A DNA stretch of 51,204 bases from Flavobacteriaceae bacterium (GCA_030621915.1 JAUXGV010000001.1:1-51204), one strand, 5' to 3'; positions 20,764-31,120 are shown, numbered from the stretch's first letter. Numbers and translations are program-made. Notes: generated by a model from the letters alone, not told the origin.

Positions 20764-21333
20764 TTAATTTTTAAACCAATTATCTTCTAAACATCTTCTT
20801 AATTGTTGCCTTGCCCTATGGATTATAACCCATAAATTTGACGCGGTTATATCCAATTCATTACAAATTTCTTCAGTTTCATAATTTTGAACAGATTTTA
20901 ACAAAAATACCATTCTATATTTTTCAGGCAAATTATCTATACAACCCTCTAATGCATTTTTTAATTCTTGATTCTCTATATTTCTTTCTGCCTCATTTCC
21001 CCATGAAATGGGAACTCTTTCTTCCAACCAATTACCCTTATTCTCACCATCGTCATAAAAATTCATTCTTATTTCCTTTTTTCCTTTTATTGAATTTATT
21101 TTCCTGTAATGATCAATTATTTTTCTTTTTAAAATAGAAACCAACCAGGTACGTTCAGACGCTAAGCCCTTAAAATTACCCTTTCCTTTGAGACCTGAAA
21201 AAAAAGTTTCCTGAACCAAATCTTTTGATAAATCCTGATTATTTACCCTAATCAGAGCGTAGTTATAAAGATAATCTGCATATAATTCAATCCATTTTTT
21301 TGGATTTAAAGTATGCTTTTGTTGACTTGGCAT
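20764..21333 (-). CDS. ECF sigma-70 family RNA polymerase sigma factor
   Basis: Region 2 DLVQETF...TWL..I and region 4 LPEKYR...EICNEL...HRAR. Confidence 0.93.
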   Translation of the reverse strand: MPSQQKHTLNPKKWIELYADYLYNYALIRVNNQDLSKDLVQETFFSGLKGKGNFKGLASERTWLVSILKRKIIDHYRKINSIKGKKEIRMNFYDDGENKGNWLEERVPISWGNEAERNIENQELKNALEGCIDNLPEKYRMVFLLKSVQNYETEEICNELDITASNLWVIIHRARQQLRRCLEDNWFKN

Positions 21334-21508
21334 TTATTTAGAGTTTAATTAAAGTAAATATAATTAATGTTCTTATATATTAAATTTATAAAGACATTAT
21401 TTTTAATGGTTCTAAATTACGAAAATAAGCAATTTATCTCTAAAGTTCCTTGATTGAAAATATATGAAATAATTATATCTTCGTAAATTTGTGAAAAATT
21501 AATCAATA

Positions 21509-22183
21509 ATGAGCGGATTTTTATCTTCATCAATTGGCAGAAAGGTTGCTATGGCACTTTCGGCTTTCTTTTTAATGTTCTTTTTATTGCTTCATATTGC
21601 AATAAATTTCTTATCAGTTTTTAGTTCTGATTTATTTAACCAGGTATCTCATTTTATGGGAACAAATCCTTTGATTCAATTTGGAATGCAACCTATATTA
21701 ATATTTGGTGTAGTTTTCCATTTTGTAATGGGGTTTGTTTTAGAAATTAAAAACAAAAAAGCACAAGGTGCTAAATATGCCAAAAATAATGGAGCGGCTA
21801 ATTCTACATGGATGAGTAGAAACATGGTTTATAGTGGCATCGTTATTTTAGCTTTTGTTTTATTACACTTTATTGATTTTTGGTTTCCAGAAATTAATGT
21901 CAAATTTATTCAAGGTGATATGTCTGGGCTTTTACCAAACGGAGAATTTAGATATTATGAAGAGTTGACTCATAAATTTGAAAGCCCAATAAGAGTAGCA
22001 GCTTATATAATTGCATTTGTGTTTTTATTTTTGCATCTATTACATGGCTTTACCTCTGCTTTTCAATCTATGGGGGTTAATGCCAGTAGAAGAAAAACAT
22101 TACAAAATATTGGTAAAGCATATTCTATTATTATTCCATTAGGGTTTATTTTTATAGCACTTTATCATCACCTTAACCATTAA
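21509..22183 (+). CDS. sdhC: Succinate dehydrogenase cytochrome b subunit
   Basis: SSIGRK, five TM helices with heme-ligand histidines, HGF.SAFQS.G; first gene of sdhCAB. Confidence 0.95.
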   Translation: MSGFLSSSIGRKVAMALSAFFLMFFLLLHIAINFLSVFSSDLFNQVSHFMGTNPLIQFGMQPILIFGVVFHFVMGFVLEIKNKKAQGAKYAKNNGAANSTWMSRNMVYSGIVILAFVLLHFIDFWFPEINVKFIQGDMSGLLPNGEFRYYEELTHKFESPIRVAAYIIAFVFLFLHLLHGFTSAFQSMGVNASRRKTLQNIGKAYSIIIPLGFIFIALYHHLNH

Positions 22184-22190
22184 TCAAATT

Positions 22191-24206
22191 ATGACGACTT
22201 TAAATTCAAAAGTACCTAAAGGACCATTAAAAGATAAATGGACAACATACAAAGACAAAATTGAACTAGTTAACCCTGCCAACAAAAGAAATATTGATAT
22301 AATTGTTGTTGGTACAGGACTGGCTGGTGGGTCTGCAGCTGCAACTTTAGCGGAATTGGGATATAATGTAAAGGCATTTTGTTATCAAGATTCTCCTCGA
22401 AGGGCACACTCAATTGCGGCTCAAGGAGGAATCAATGCTGCCAAAAACTACATGGGCGATGGCGATTCAAATTATCGTTTATTTTATGATACGGTTAAAG
22501 GAGGGGATTACCGTTCTCGCGAAGCCAATGTTCATAGGTTAGCAGAAGTTTCAGGAAATATTATTGATCAATGTGTTGCCCAAGGAGTTCCCTTTGCAAG
22601 AGATTATGGAGGATTATTGGATAACCGTTCTTTTGGAGGCGTTTTGGTCTCTCGTACTTTTTATGCAAAAGGCCAGACTGGACAACAATTATTATTAGGT
22701 GCTTATTCTGCTATGAATAGACAAATTGCACGGGGAAAAATTGAAATGTTCAATCGTCATGAAATGCTGGATGTGGTTAAAATTGACGGTAAAGCTCGTG
22801 GTATTATTGCAAGAAATTTAATTACAGGAGAAATTGAACGTCATTCTGCACATGCGGTAGTAATCGCAACAGGAGGTTATGGAAATGTTTATTTCCTTTC
22901 TACCAATGCCATGGGTTCAAACGCAACAGCTGCATGGAAAATCCATAAGAAAGGTGCGTATTTTGCCAATCCTTGTTATACACAAATTCATCCAACATGT
23001 ATTCCTAGGTCCGGAGATTATCAATCGAAGCTAACTCTAATGTCAGAATCCTTACGCAATGATGGAAGGATTTGGGTACCTAAAAATATGGATGATGTTA
23101 TGGCCATTCGTGAAGGAAAATTAATACCTAATGATATTCCAGAAGAAAGCAGAGATTACTATTTGGAAAGAAGATATCCAGCTTTTGGAAATTTGGTGCC
23201 TCGTGATGTTGCCTCCAGAGCAGCAAAAGAACGATGTGATGCAGGATATGGAGTAAATGAAACAGGGGAAGCCGTTTATTTGGATTTTGCCTCTGCCATT
23301 CAGCGATATGGAAAAGAACAAGCAAAAATTCATGGTATTTCAAATGCCTCTGAAGATAAAATAATTGAATTAGGAACCGCCATTATTGAAGAAAAGTATG
23401 GTAACCTATTTCAAATGTATGTGAAAATTGTTGATCAAAATCCTTATCAAACCCCTATGATGATTTACCCGGCAACTCATTATACTATGGGTGGTGTTTG
23501 GGTTGATTACGATTTAATGACAACAGTACCTGGTTTATATTGTATTGGCGAAGCTAATTTTTCAGATCATGGAGCTAATAGGTTAGGAGCCTCTGCATTA
23601 ATGCAGGGTTTGGCAGATGGATATTTTGTTTTACCCTATACTATCGGGAATTATTTAGCGGATGATATTCGAACAGGAAAAATACCTACAGATACTCCCG
23701 AGTTTGATGAAGCTGAAAAAAGTGTTCAAGAAAGAATAGATTTCTTTATCAACAATAAGGGCACTAAATCAGTTGATTATTTCCATAAAAAATTGGGTAA
23801 AATTATGTGGGATAAGGTTGGAATGGCTCGAAATGAAAAAGGATTGAAAGAAGCTATGTCGGAAATTAAAGCCATACGAGAAGAATTTTGGAAGGAAGTA
23901 AAGGTTACTGGAAAAATTGACGAAATGAATCTGGAATTAGAAAAAGCAGGCCGTGTAGCTGATTTCCTTGAATTAGGTGAGCTTTTTGCCAAAGATGCAC
24001 TCGATAGAAATGAATCTTGTGGTGGACATTTTAGAGAAGAATCAGTAGAATTAGATGGAGAACAAAAAGGAGAAGCTAAAAGAAATGATAAAGATTATGC
24101 CTATGTTTCAGCATGGGAATATAAAGGTGAACCATCAGATGCTGTTTTACATAAGGAAGAATTAGAATTTAAAGATATTGAACTTAAACAACGTTCTTAC
24201 AAATAA
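22191..24206 (+). CDS. sdhA: Succinate dehydrogenase/fumarate reductase flavoprotein subunit
   Basis: [34 protein letters not shown] and ESCGGHFR motifs. Confidence 0.98.
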   Translation: MTTLNSKVPKGPLKDKWTTYKDKIELVNPANKRNIDIIVVGTGLAGGSAAATLAELGYNVKAFCYQDSPRRAHSIAAQGGINAAKNYMGDGDSNYRLFYDTVKGGDYRSREANVHRLAEVSGNIIDQCVAQGVPFARDYGGLLDNRSFGGVLVSRTFYAKGQTGQQLLLGAYSAMNRQIARGKIEMFNRHEMLDVVKIDGKARGIIARNLITGEIERHSAHAVVIATGGYGNVYFLSTNAMGSNATAAWKIHKKGAYFANPCYTQIHPTCIPRSGDYQSKLTLMSESLRNDGRIWVPKNMDDVMAIREGKLIPNDIPEESRDYYLERRYPAFGNLVPRDVASRAAKERCDAGYGVNETGEAVYLDFASAIQRYGKEQAKIHGISNASEDKIIELGTAIIEEKYGNLFQMYVKIVDQNPYQTPMMIYPATHYTMGGVWVDYDLMTTVPGLYCIGEANFSDHGANRLGASALMQGLADGYFVLPYTIGNYLADDIRTGKIPTDTPEFDEAEKSVQERIDFFINNKGTKSVDYFHKKLGKIMWDKVGMARNEKGLKEAMSEIKAIREEFWKEVKVTGKIDEMNLELEKAGRVADFLELGELFAKDALDRNESCGGHFREESVELDGEQKGEAKRNDKDYAYVSAWEYKGEPSDAVLHKEELEFKDIELKQRSYK

Positions 24207-24214
24207 GATAATAT

Positions 24215-24955
24215 ATGAACCTAACGCTTAAAATTTGGAGACAAAACGGACCCTCAGTTAAGGGACGGTTGGTCGATTATAAAGTTACCGATATATCAGA
24301 GCATATGTCATTCTTAGAGATGATGGACGTTCTCAATGAACAGCTGATTAACAAAGGAGATGAACCTGTAGCTTTTGATCACGATTGTAGAGAAGGAATT
24401 TGTGGAATGTGTTCTTGATATATTAATGGCGAGGCTCATGGCCCTGATAGAGGAATTACAACTTGCCAATTACATATGAGAATGTTCAATGATGGTGAAT
24501 CTATTTATATTGAACCCTTTAGATCAAAAGCATTTCCAGTTATTAAAGATTTGGTAGTTGATAGAATGGCATTCGAAAGAATTCAACAAGCCGGAGGTTA
24601 TATTTCTGTGAACACATCAGGTAATACACAAGATGCAAATTCATTGCCTATTTCAAAACACAATGCTGATGAAGCCATGGATGCTGCTGCCTGTATTGGA
24701 TGCGGTGCTTGTGTAGCCACTTGTAAAAATTCATCTGCAATGCTGTTTGTTGGTGCTAAAGTGGCTCAATATGCATTACTTCCACAAGGGCAGGTAGAGG
24801 CTACTGACAGAGTTAAAAATATGGTTGCTCAGATGGATTTAGAAGGCTTTGGTAACTGCACCAATACCGGTGCTTGTGAGGTTGAATGCCCAAAAGAAAT
24901 TTCCTTAGACAATATTGCACGAATGAATAGAGAGCTTATGAAAGCTAGCTTTTAG
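24215..24955 (+). pseudogene. sdhB: Succinate dehydrogenase iron-sulfur subunit interrupted by one in-frame TGA at 24416-24418 (nonsense allele, base-call error or recoding)
   Basis: The two track ORFs are in the same frame. Read-through gives [31 protein letters not shown]...[11 protein letters not shown]...[12 protein letters not shown], 246 codons in total. Confidence 0.9.
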
Positions 24956-24981
24956 ATTTAATAAATCGAATAAAATTATTC

Positions 24982-25012
24982 AAACCATCTGCCATAGGTA
25001 GGTGGTTTTTTT
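24982..25012 (+). terminator. Intrinsic terminator of the sdh operon
   Basis: AAACCATCTGCC-ata-GGTAGGTGGTTT followed by a T-run. Confidence 0.85.
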
Positions 25013-25122
25013 ATTTGAAAAATTGTACATTAGATATTTTCAATTTTGGAAAAAACTCAATTGAAAATGGTAATGAGTGAGTCAATTAAATATTAGAATA
25101 AAGTTTAAATAACAGAAAGCCT

Positions 25123-26286
25123 ATGTCTTCTTTTATCAACAATCTTTCTTCAAAATTACCAACTATTTCTACGAGTATTTTTGCCGTGATGAGTCAAATG
25201 GCTAAAGATCATAATGCTATTAATTTATCCCAAGGCTTCCCTAATTTTCCGGTTTCAAAACAAATGATAGAATTGGTTTCAAAAGCAATGAGACAAGGGT
25301 ATAATCAATATTCTCCAATGCAAGGCATTATTGAACTCCGCGAAGCTATTGCCGAAAAAGTTTCAATTTTATATGGAATTAATTATAACCCTGAAACTGA
25401 AATAACAATTACAGCAGGTGCTACGGAAGCCATTTACGGTATAATTTCGGCATTTGTTAATCAAGGTGATGAGGTTATCATTTTTGCTCCAGCCTACGAT
25501 TCTTACGATCCCACCATACAAATTAATGGAGGTAAATCGATTGAAATAGAATTGAAGGCACCAAATTTCAAAGTTGATTGGCAAGAAGTAAAAAATGCTA
25601 TCAACTATAAAACCAAAATGATCATTATTAATACACCTCATAATCCTACAGGGACCATTCTATCAAAAAAGGATATGCAATCCTTAGAAGCTTTGGTTCA
25701 AGACACGAATATCATTATTCTTAGTGATGAGGTATATGAACATATAATCTTTGACGATCAAAAACATCAAAGTGCAGTACTTTATAAAGGCCTGGCTGAA
25801 AGAAGTTTTGTTGTTGCCAGTTTTGGTAAAACGTTTCATGCCACAGGCTGGAAAACCGGATATTGTATGGCTCCAAAAGAGTTGATGCATGAATTTAGAA
25901 AAATCCATCAATTTATTGTTTTTTCCACCAATCATCCTGTCCAAAAGGCCCTATCAACTTATATCAAAAACCCGGAAAATTATTTGAGCCTGCCTTCTTT
26001 TTTTCAGAAAAAAAGAGATCTTTTTTTAGAGGCATTAAAAGGCTCGAAATTTAGTGTTGTTCCTTCAAAAGGAACCTATTTTCAGTTACTGGGATATGAA
26101 AGTATATCAGAAGAAAATGATTTAGATTTTGCCATACGATTAACCAAGGAATGGAAAATTGCATCCATACCTATTTCAGTATTTTATTTAAATAATATGG
26201 ATATAAAGGTTTTGCGTTTTTGTTTCTCTAAAAATGATGAAACCCTTTTAAAGGCAGCTGAAATTATTAATAGGATTGGAAAGTAA
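25123..26286 (+). CDS. ybdL: Methionine aminotransferase (YbdL-like class I PLP enzyme)
   Basis: AINLSQGFP, NTPHNPTG, SDEVYEH and SFGKTFHATGWK motifs. Confidence 0.9.
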   Translation: MSSFINNLSSKLPTISTSIFAVMSQMAKDHNAINLSQGFPNFPVSKQMIELVSKAMRQGYNQYSPMQGIIELREAIAEKVSILYGINYNPETEITITAGATEAIYGIISAFVNQGDEVIIFAPAYDSYDPTIQINGGKSIEIELKAPNFKVDWQEVKNAINYKTKMIIINTPHNPTGTILSKKDMQSLEALVQDTNIIILSDEVYEHIIFDDQKHQSAVLYKGLAERSFVVASFGKTFHATGWKTGYCMAPKELMHEFRKIHQFIVFSTNHPVQKALSTYIKNPENYLSLPSFFQKKRDLFLEALKGSKFSVVPSKGTYFQLLGYESISEENDLDFAIRLTKEWKIASIPISVFYLNNMDIKVLRFCFSKNDETLLKAAEIINRIGK

Positions 26287-26349
26287 TTTCACAATAAGAT
26301 TCATATTATAAATCTCCATCCTTTCTTGCTAATTTATTATCTTTAAAAA

Positions 26350-27153
26350 ATGGAAAATAATTTGAATGTAGCCATTATTCAAAGCGATATCATTTGGGAA
26401 AATCCCTCCCTAAATCTTTCAAATTTATCTCATAAAATTCAGGACATAAAGGGTAAAGTTGACTTAATCGTTCTACAGGAAATGTTTACAACAGGATATA
26501 CTTTGAACGCCTCTTCTATGGCAGAAACTATGACTGGCAATACAATTAACTGGATGCTGAAAATAGCCAAAGAAAAAGATGCTTTGATCATGGGAAGTAT
26601 CATTATCAAGGAATCAGATTCAGAACTTAACCAAAATGAAAATTATTACAATCGTTTAATTGTTGCCTACCCGGGTGGTGAAATTCAACACTATGATAAA
26701 AGGCATTTATTTTCCTACGCAGATGAAAATAAAATATATTCAGCGGGTAAGAAAAGAACAATTATTAAATACAAAGGATGGAAATTATTCCCTCTGATTT
26801 GTTATGATTTACGATTTCCGGTTTGGTCAAGAAATACTGAAGAATTTGATGTACTGATTTATATAGCCAATTGGCCCAATACTCGAGTTTCGGCATGGGA
26901 TACCTTATTAAAAGCCAGAGCCATTGAAAATTTATGCTATGTGGTTGGAGTAAATCGATTGGGGAAAGATGCAAATAATTTAGAATATGTAGGCCATTCT
27001 ACTGCAATTGATAGCATGGGAAACCCTGTTTTGGAATTTGATGAAAACCAAGAGGCTACAAAAACTGTTGTTCTAAAAAAAAATCATATCGAGGATTCAC
27101 GAAATAATTTTGGTTTTTTAAGTGATAAAGATGAATTTGAAATCAAGTATTAA
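26350..27153 (+). CDS. yafV: Omega-amidase / nitrilase family amidohydrolase (YafV-like)
   Basis: E-K-C triad in QEMF, YDKRHLF and ICYDLRFP; ARAIEN; adjacent to ybdL. Confidence 0.85.
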   Translation: MENNLNVAIIQSDIIWENPSLNLSNLSHKIQDIKGKVDLIVLQEMFTTGYTLNASSMAETMTGNTINWMLKIAKEKDALIMGSIIIKESDSELNQNENYYNRLIVAYPGGEIQHYDKRHLFSYADENKIYSAGKKRTIIKYKGWKLFPLICYDLRFPVWSRNTEEFDVLIYIANWPNTRVSAWDTLLKARAIENLCYVVGVNRLGKDANNLEYVGHSTAIDSMGNPVLEFDENQEATKTVVLKKNHIEDSRNNFGFLSDKDEFEIKY

Positions 27154-27190
27154 ATCTAATATTTGATAATATAGGCGTCTCAAATACAGA

Positions 27191-27292
27191 TCATCCATTT
27201 GAAATCATACTTGGTATAAGGAATTTATCTACAAGCGTATCAATACTTTTTTCGAGCGTTTGCCTTAATCTAAACCAAATATTGTTCAATGA
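27191..27292 (-). pseudogene. Relic of an acyl-ACP desaturase-like gene (N-terminal fragment)
   Basis: Minus strand reads SLNNIWFRLRQTLEKSIDTLVDKFLIP, resembling the N-terminus I recall for flavobacterial acyl-ACP desaturases; lies right after plsC; no ATG. Confidence 0.55.
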
Positions 27293-27297
27293 ATAAT

Positions 27298-28056
27298 CTA
27301 TTGTCTTAAAGGCTCTGAAACGACACCCTTTTTAATTGTTTGTTCAACCTTTTCAAATAATTTGTCAAAAGGCATGGAATCGCATTTTATCGGTTCGTGT
27401 ACCTCAAATCTCATTTTGATTCCAAGATCCATGGGGAAAGTTCCAATACTTGACAGTCGCCAGGCATTGTTTATGGTAATAGGAACGACGTAAGCTGATG
27501 GGGCATTTCGCATAATAATTTTTAATCCGTTATCAGCAAATATCTTAGTATTACCGTCTTTACTTCTTGTTCCTTCCGGAAATATTACAGCCGAATAATT
27601 ATTAGCTTCAATATATTTTCCAAAATTTAACAAGGTTCGTAATGATTGTTTGGCATTATTTCGATCAATCAAAGCGTTTCCTCCATGGCGTAAAAAATAG
27701 GAAACACTCGGAAATCCTTTAGACAATTCAATTTTTGCAACAAATTTCGGATAATACTTTCTTAAAAAAACCACCATTGGCAGGATATCATAAACACTTT
27801 GATGATTGGATACAAAAATCAACGGAACATCCTTAGGAAGGTCTTGTTTGTTCAAGAACTTAATTCTTGTACCTAATATAAATAATGAAGACATAACTAT
27901 AAAACTGATATAATCCACAGATTTTTTATGCGCCTCCTTACCGCCAATATTTAGTGCCAACCATTGAAAAGGAAAAAAAAAGAAGATAGCAGAAAAATAA
28001 AATAAATAAAATAATATACTTAGTGGGTATGATAAAAGTTTTTTAAATATTTTCAT
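27298..28056 (-). CDS. plsC: 1-acyl-sn-glycerol-3-phosphate acyltransferase (PlsC family), copy 2; probable start MKIFKK
   Basis: NHQSVYD (HX4D) and FPEGTRS motifs. Confidence 0.9.
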   Translation of the reverse strand: MKIFKKLLSYPLSILFYLFYFSAIFFFFPFQWLALNIGGKEAHKKSVDYISFIVMSSLFILGTRIKFLNKQDLPKDVPLIFVSNHQSVYDILPMVVFLRKYYPKFVAKIELSKGFPSVSYFLRHGGNALIDRNNAKQSLRTLLNFGKYIEANNYSAVIFPEGTRSKDGNTKIFADNGLKIIMRNAPSAYVVPITINNAWRLSSIGTFPMDLGIKMRFEVHEPIKCDSMPFDKLFEKVEQTIKKGVVSEPLRQ

Positions 28057-28079
28057 AAAAGCACTAAATAAATTCATTT

Positions 28080-28823
28080 TTATTTAATAATTGCATTTTT
28101 AATTGTTTTTTCAGTTTTTAAAAACAATTCCTCAAAGGTCATGGAATCACATTTGATAGGTTCATGGACTTCAAAGGTAATTTTTAAACCAATAGTAAGG
28201 GGCCAGTATCCATATTCTAAAATTTTCCAGGAATTATTTATTGTTAAAGGAACAATATAAGCTGATGGAATTTTTTTTACCAATATTTTCAAACCATTCT
28301 CAGAAAATCGTTTTGGTATACCATTTTTGCTTCTTGTCCCTTCAGGAAAAATTACAGCAGATCGCTTGGTTTCTTCAATATAGGAACCAAACTTACTCAA
28401 TGCATTTAATGATTGGCGTGAATCCTTTCTATTGATTAATACAGAACCCCCTTTTCGTAAATTATATGAAACTGTAGGAATTCCTTTTCCCAATTCAATT
28501 TTTGAAACAAACTTAGGGTGATATTTTCGTAAATACCAAAATATTGGTGGAATATCATTTAAATTCTGATGATTGGAAACAATAATAAAAGGGGCATTTT
28601 GAGGTAGTTTATACTTATTAATATACTTAATACGTGTGCCCAAGATATAAAGACATAGTGTCAAGCTCCAATTTAATATATCAACCACTCTTTTATGCCA
28701 GGTATAACCCCCAATATTAAACGCCAACCATTGTAAAGGGTGAAAAATACCTAGTATTAAAAAGAAGAAAAAATAGTATAAAATACTTAAAGGGTAAGCT
28801 ATAATTCTTTTAATAATTGTCAT
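28080..28823 (-). CDS. plsC: 1-acyl-sn-glycerol-3-phosphate acyltransferase (PlsC family), copy 1
   Basis: NHQNLND (HX4D) and FPEGTRS motifs. Confidence 0.9.
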   Translation of the reverse strand: MTIIKRIIAYPLSILYYFFFFLILGIFHPLQWLAFNIGGYTWHKRVVDILNWSLTLCLYILGTRIKYINKYKLPQNAPFIIVSNHQNLNDIPPIFWYLRKYHPKFVSKIELGKGIPTVSYNLRKGGSVLINRKDSRQSLNALSKFGSYIEETKRSAVIFPEGTRSKNGIPKRFSENGLKILVKKIPSAYIVPLTINNSWKILEYGYWPLTIGLKITFEVHEPIKCDSMTFEELFLKTEKTIKNAIIK

Positions 28824-28897
28824 TTGAAAAATTACGTTGCTTAATTCTGAATTTATTTCAGATTCTAATTATACTTTTTTATACAAAAAGCAGGTTG

Positions 28898-29329
28898 TTA
28901 ATTAAACCATTGATCCCATGGAATTCTACTCAATACAAACAACAAAGCAATACCATAAAAAATTGCTATAGTTTTGAACTTAGAGTCATCTGTTGTTTTT
29001 GATTTATGTTTTGAAAATCCAATTGTAATCATTACAATCGCCAATATCATCATCAATGGGTGCTCAATAACGATCATTCGAATTTCAGATTCTTTCATTA
29101 CTTCACCCATTCCGTTTTCTCTTAAGAATTCAAACTGGGTTGAAGTAAAAAATGCTATAAACCCTATAAGTAGTTGAATATGAGAAATAATTAATGCAAA
29201 TAATGAAATTCGAAGATCTTTTGCTTTAAATTCTTTATTTGAACTCAAACCTATTATTGCATTTACAACAGCAACTATTAATATCAAAAGTGTTATATAG
29301 GCCCAACCCGAATGCAGCATTTTAATCAT
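28898..29329 (-). CDS. Conserved four-TM membrane protein with histidines in the helices (cytochrome b-like hypothetical)
   Basis: LHSGWAY, HIQLLIG, EHP.MM and RIPW patterns. Confidence 0.75.
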   Translation of the reverse strand: MIKMLHSGWAYITLLILIVAVVNAIIGLSSNKEFKAKDLRISLFALIISHIQLLIGFIAFFTSTQFEFLRENGMGEVMKESEIRMIVIEHPLMMILAIVMITIGFSKHKSKTTDDSKFKTIAIFYGIALLFVLSRIPWDQWFN

Positions 29330-29389
29330 GATAAGTATCTTTTAATTTATTCGTTTTTTTGTTGAACAAATGTACTAAAATTAATATAT

Positions 29390-29420
29390 AAAAAAACCCA
29401 CTCTAAAAATTAAGAGTGGG
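29390..29420 (-). terminator. Intrinsic terminator downstream of pgi
   Basis: CCCACTCT / AGAGTGGG stem with a U-tract on the minus strand. Confidence 0.8.
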
Positions 29421-29497
29421 CAATTATTAAATTATGATTTGAAATTTACCCTCCAAACTTTCGTGATATTAACAAAACTTAAATTTAACGTGAATAA

Positions 29498-31075
29498 TTA
29501 CTTGGATAAAAATTTATTCGCCAATTCCTTTCCTAGTTCTACACCAAATTGATCAAAACTATAAATATTCCAAATAATGCCCTGAGTCAAAGTTTTATGT
29601 TCATACATGGCGATTACAGATCCTAAATTTTTGGGTGTTAGCTTTTTAATTAGTATCGTATTTGATGGACGGTTTCCTTCAAACACTTTAAAGGGCAATA
29701 ATTGATTAATTTTATCACTATCGCCTTGGAATTTCATATCCAAATGAACCTCCTCTTTTGTTTTTCCAGCATATAGAGCTTCTGCTTGTGCTGAAAAATT
29801 TGCCATTAATTTTTCATGATGATCTTTTAATCCGTGCAAGGATTCTTCAAATCCAATAAAATCAGCTGGAATTAATTTAGTTCCCTGATGTACTAATTGC
29901 ATAAAAGCATGCTGTACATTAGTACCGGTATTTCCCCAGATAATATTTCCGGTTTGATAATCCACGGAATCCCCATTTCTATCCGTCGATTTTCCATTAC
30001 TCTCCATGGAAAGTTGTTGTAAAAAAGGAGGTAATTTTTCTAAATACTGCGAATACGGAATAACGACTTCAGATTCTGTATTGAAAAAATTATTATACCA
30101 AATACTGAGTAGAGCCAATATTACTGGAATGTTTTTTTCGAATGGACTATTCTTAAAATGCTCATCCATTTTAAAAGCTCCGTTTAAAAATGAATTAAAG
30201 TTATCAAAACCAAGAGCTAAACTTATTGATAAACCTACGGCACTCCACATAGAATATCTCCCTCCTACCCAATTCCACATTGGAAAAATATTTTGATCAG
30301 CAATACCAAAATCTCTAACTTTTGATAAATTTGTGGAAACAGCCACAAAATTGTATTTGATATCGGTTTCGGTAGTATTAAATTGTTTTGATAAAAACCA
30401 TTTTTTTACAGTCTCGGCATTGGTTAATGTTTCCTGGGTAGTAAATGTTTTAGAAACAATAACAAAGAGTGTTGTTTCCGGGTTCAAATTTTTTATTACT
30501 TCAGTAACATGATCTCCATCTATATTGGAAATAAAATGTGTATTCAGATGATTTTTATAATAATGTAGTCCTTCAACAACCATTCTTGGACCCAAGTCAG
30601 ATCCTCCAATACCAATATTTACGATATCTGTAATTTTCTTACCGCTAAATCCCTTAAACTTACCTTGGATGATTGATTCACTGAAGGCTTTTATCTTGCC
30701 TAATGCCTCATTTACCTCAACCATTACGTCGCTACCATCCACATTAATTTCACCTCCGTTTCGGTTTCGCAAAGCTGTATGCAATACGGCTCTATTTTCA
30801 GTAACATTGATTATTTCTCCTGCAAAACACTTTTGAATTGCATCTTTTAACTCCGACTCATTGGCCAATTCGAGTAAATACTCCAAAGTTTCTTCAGTAA
30901 TTCTGTTTTTTGAATAATCTAAAGATAAGTCTTCAAAATTTAAGGTAAATTTTTCCTTTCTGTTATTATCCTTCTGAAAAAAAGATTTCATTTCTACATC
31001 TTTGATTTCCAAAAGGTGTGATTGAAGCTTTTTCCAGGATTCTGTTTTGGTTGGATTGATATTTTTAAGTGGCAT
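29498..31075 (-). CDS. pgi: Glucose-6-phosphate isomerase
   Basis: IGIGGSDLGP, SKTFTTQET, VGGRYS, MESNGK and FDQFGVELGK motifs. Confidence 0.98.
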   Translation of the reverse strand: MPLKNINPTKTESWKKLQSHLLEIKDVEMKSFFQKDNNRKEKFTLNFEDLSLDYSKNRITEETLEYLLELANESELKDAIQKCFAGEIINVTENRAVLHTALRNRNGGEINVDGSDVMVEVNEALGKIKAFSESIIQGKFKGFSGKKITDIVNIGIGGSDLGPRMVVEGLHYYKNHLNTHFISNIDGDHVTEVIKNLNPETTLFVIVSKTFTTQETLTNAETVKKWFLSKQFNTTETDIKYNFVAVSTNLSKVRDFGIADQNIFPMWNWVGGRYSMWSAVGLSISLALGFDNFNSFLNGAFKMDEHFKNSPFEKNIPVILALLSIWYNNFFNTESEVVIPYSQYLEKLPPFLQQLSMESNGKSTDRNGDSVDYQTGNIIWGNTGTNVQHAFMQLVHQGTKLIPADFIGFEESLHGLKDHHEKLMANFSAQAEALYAGKTKEEVHLDMKFQGDSDKINQLLPFKVFEGNRPSNTILIKKLTPKNLGSVIAMYEHKTLTQGIIWNIYSFDQFGVELGKELANKFLSK

Positions 31076-31120
31076 AATTTAATTTAAATAAGTAATTACT
31101 TTCAAAGCAAATAATAAGTA

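Noticed and set aside
24416-24470. Selenocysteine or genetic code 4/25 explanation for the sdhB TGA
   Set aside because: The site is not a Cys position, only a trivial GGC/GCC stem follows, and TGA is a normal stop in other genes here. Kept only as a low-probability alternative
24956-25122. Possible SAM riboswitch before the methionine aminotransferase
   Set aside because: Only the sdh terminator and a weak AT-rich inverted repeat are present; no riboswitch consensus is visible
29498-29540. Pgi (525 aa) ends soon after VELGK and is shorter than the E. coli type
   Set aside because: All catalytic motifs are present and no continuation is visible past the stop; likely a natural short C-terminus
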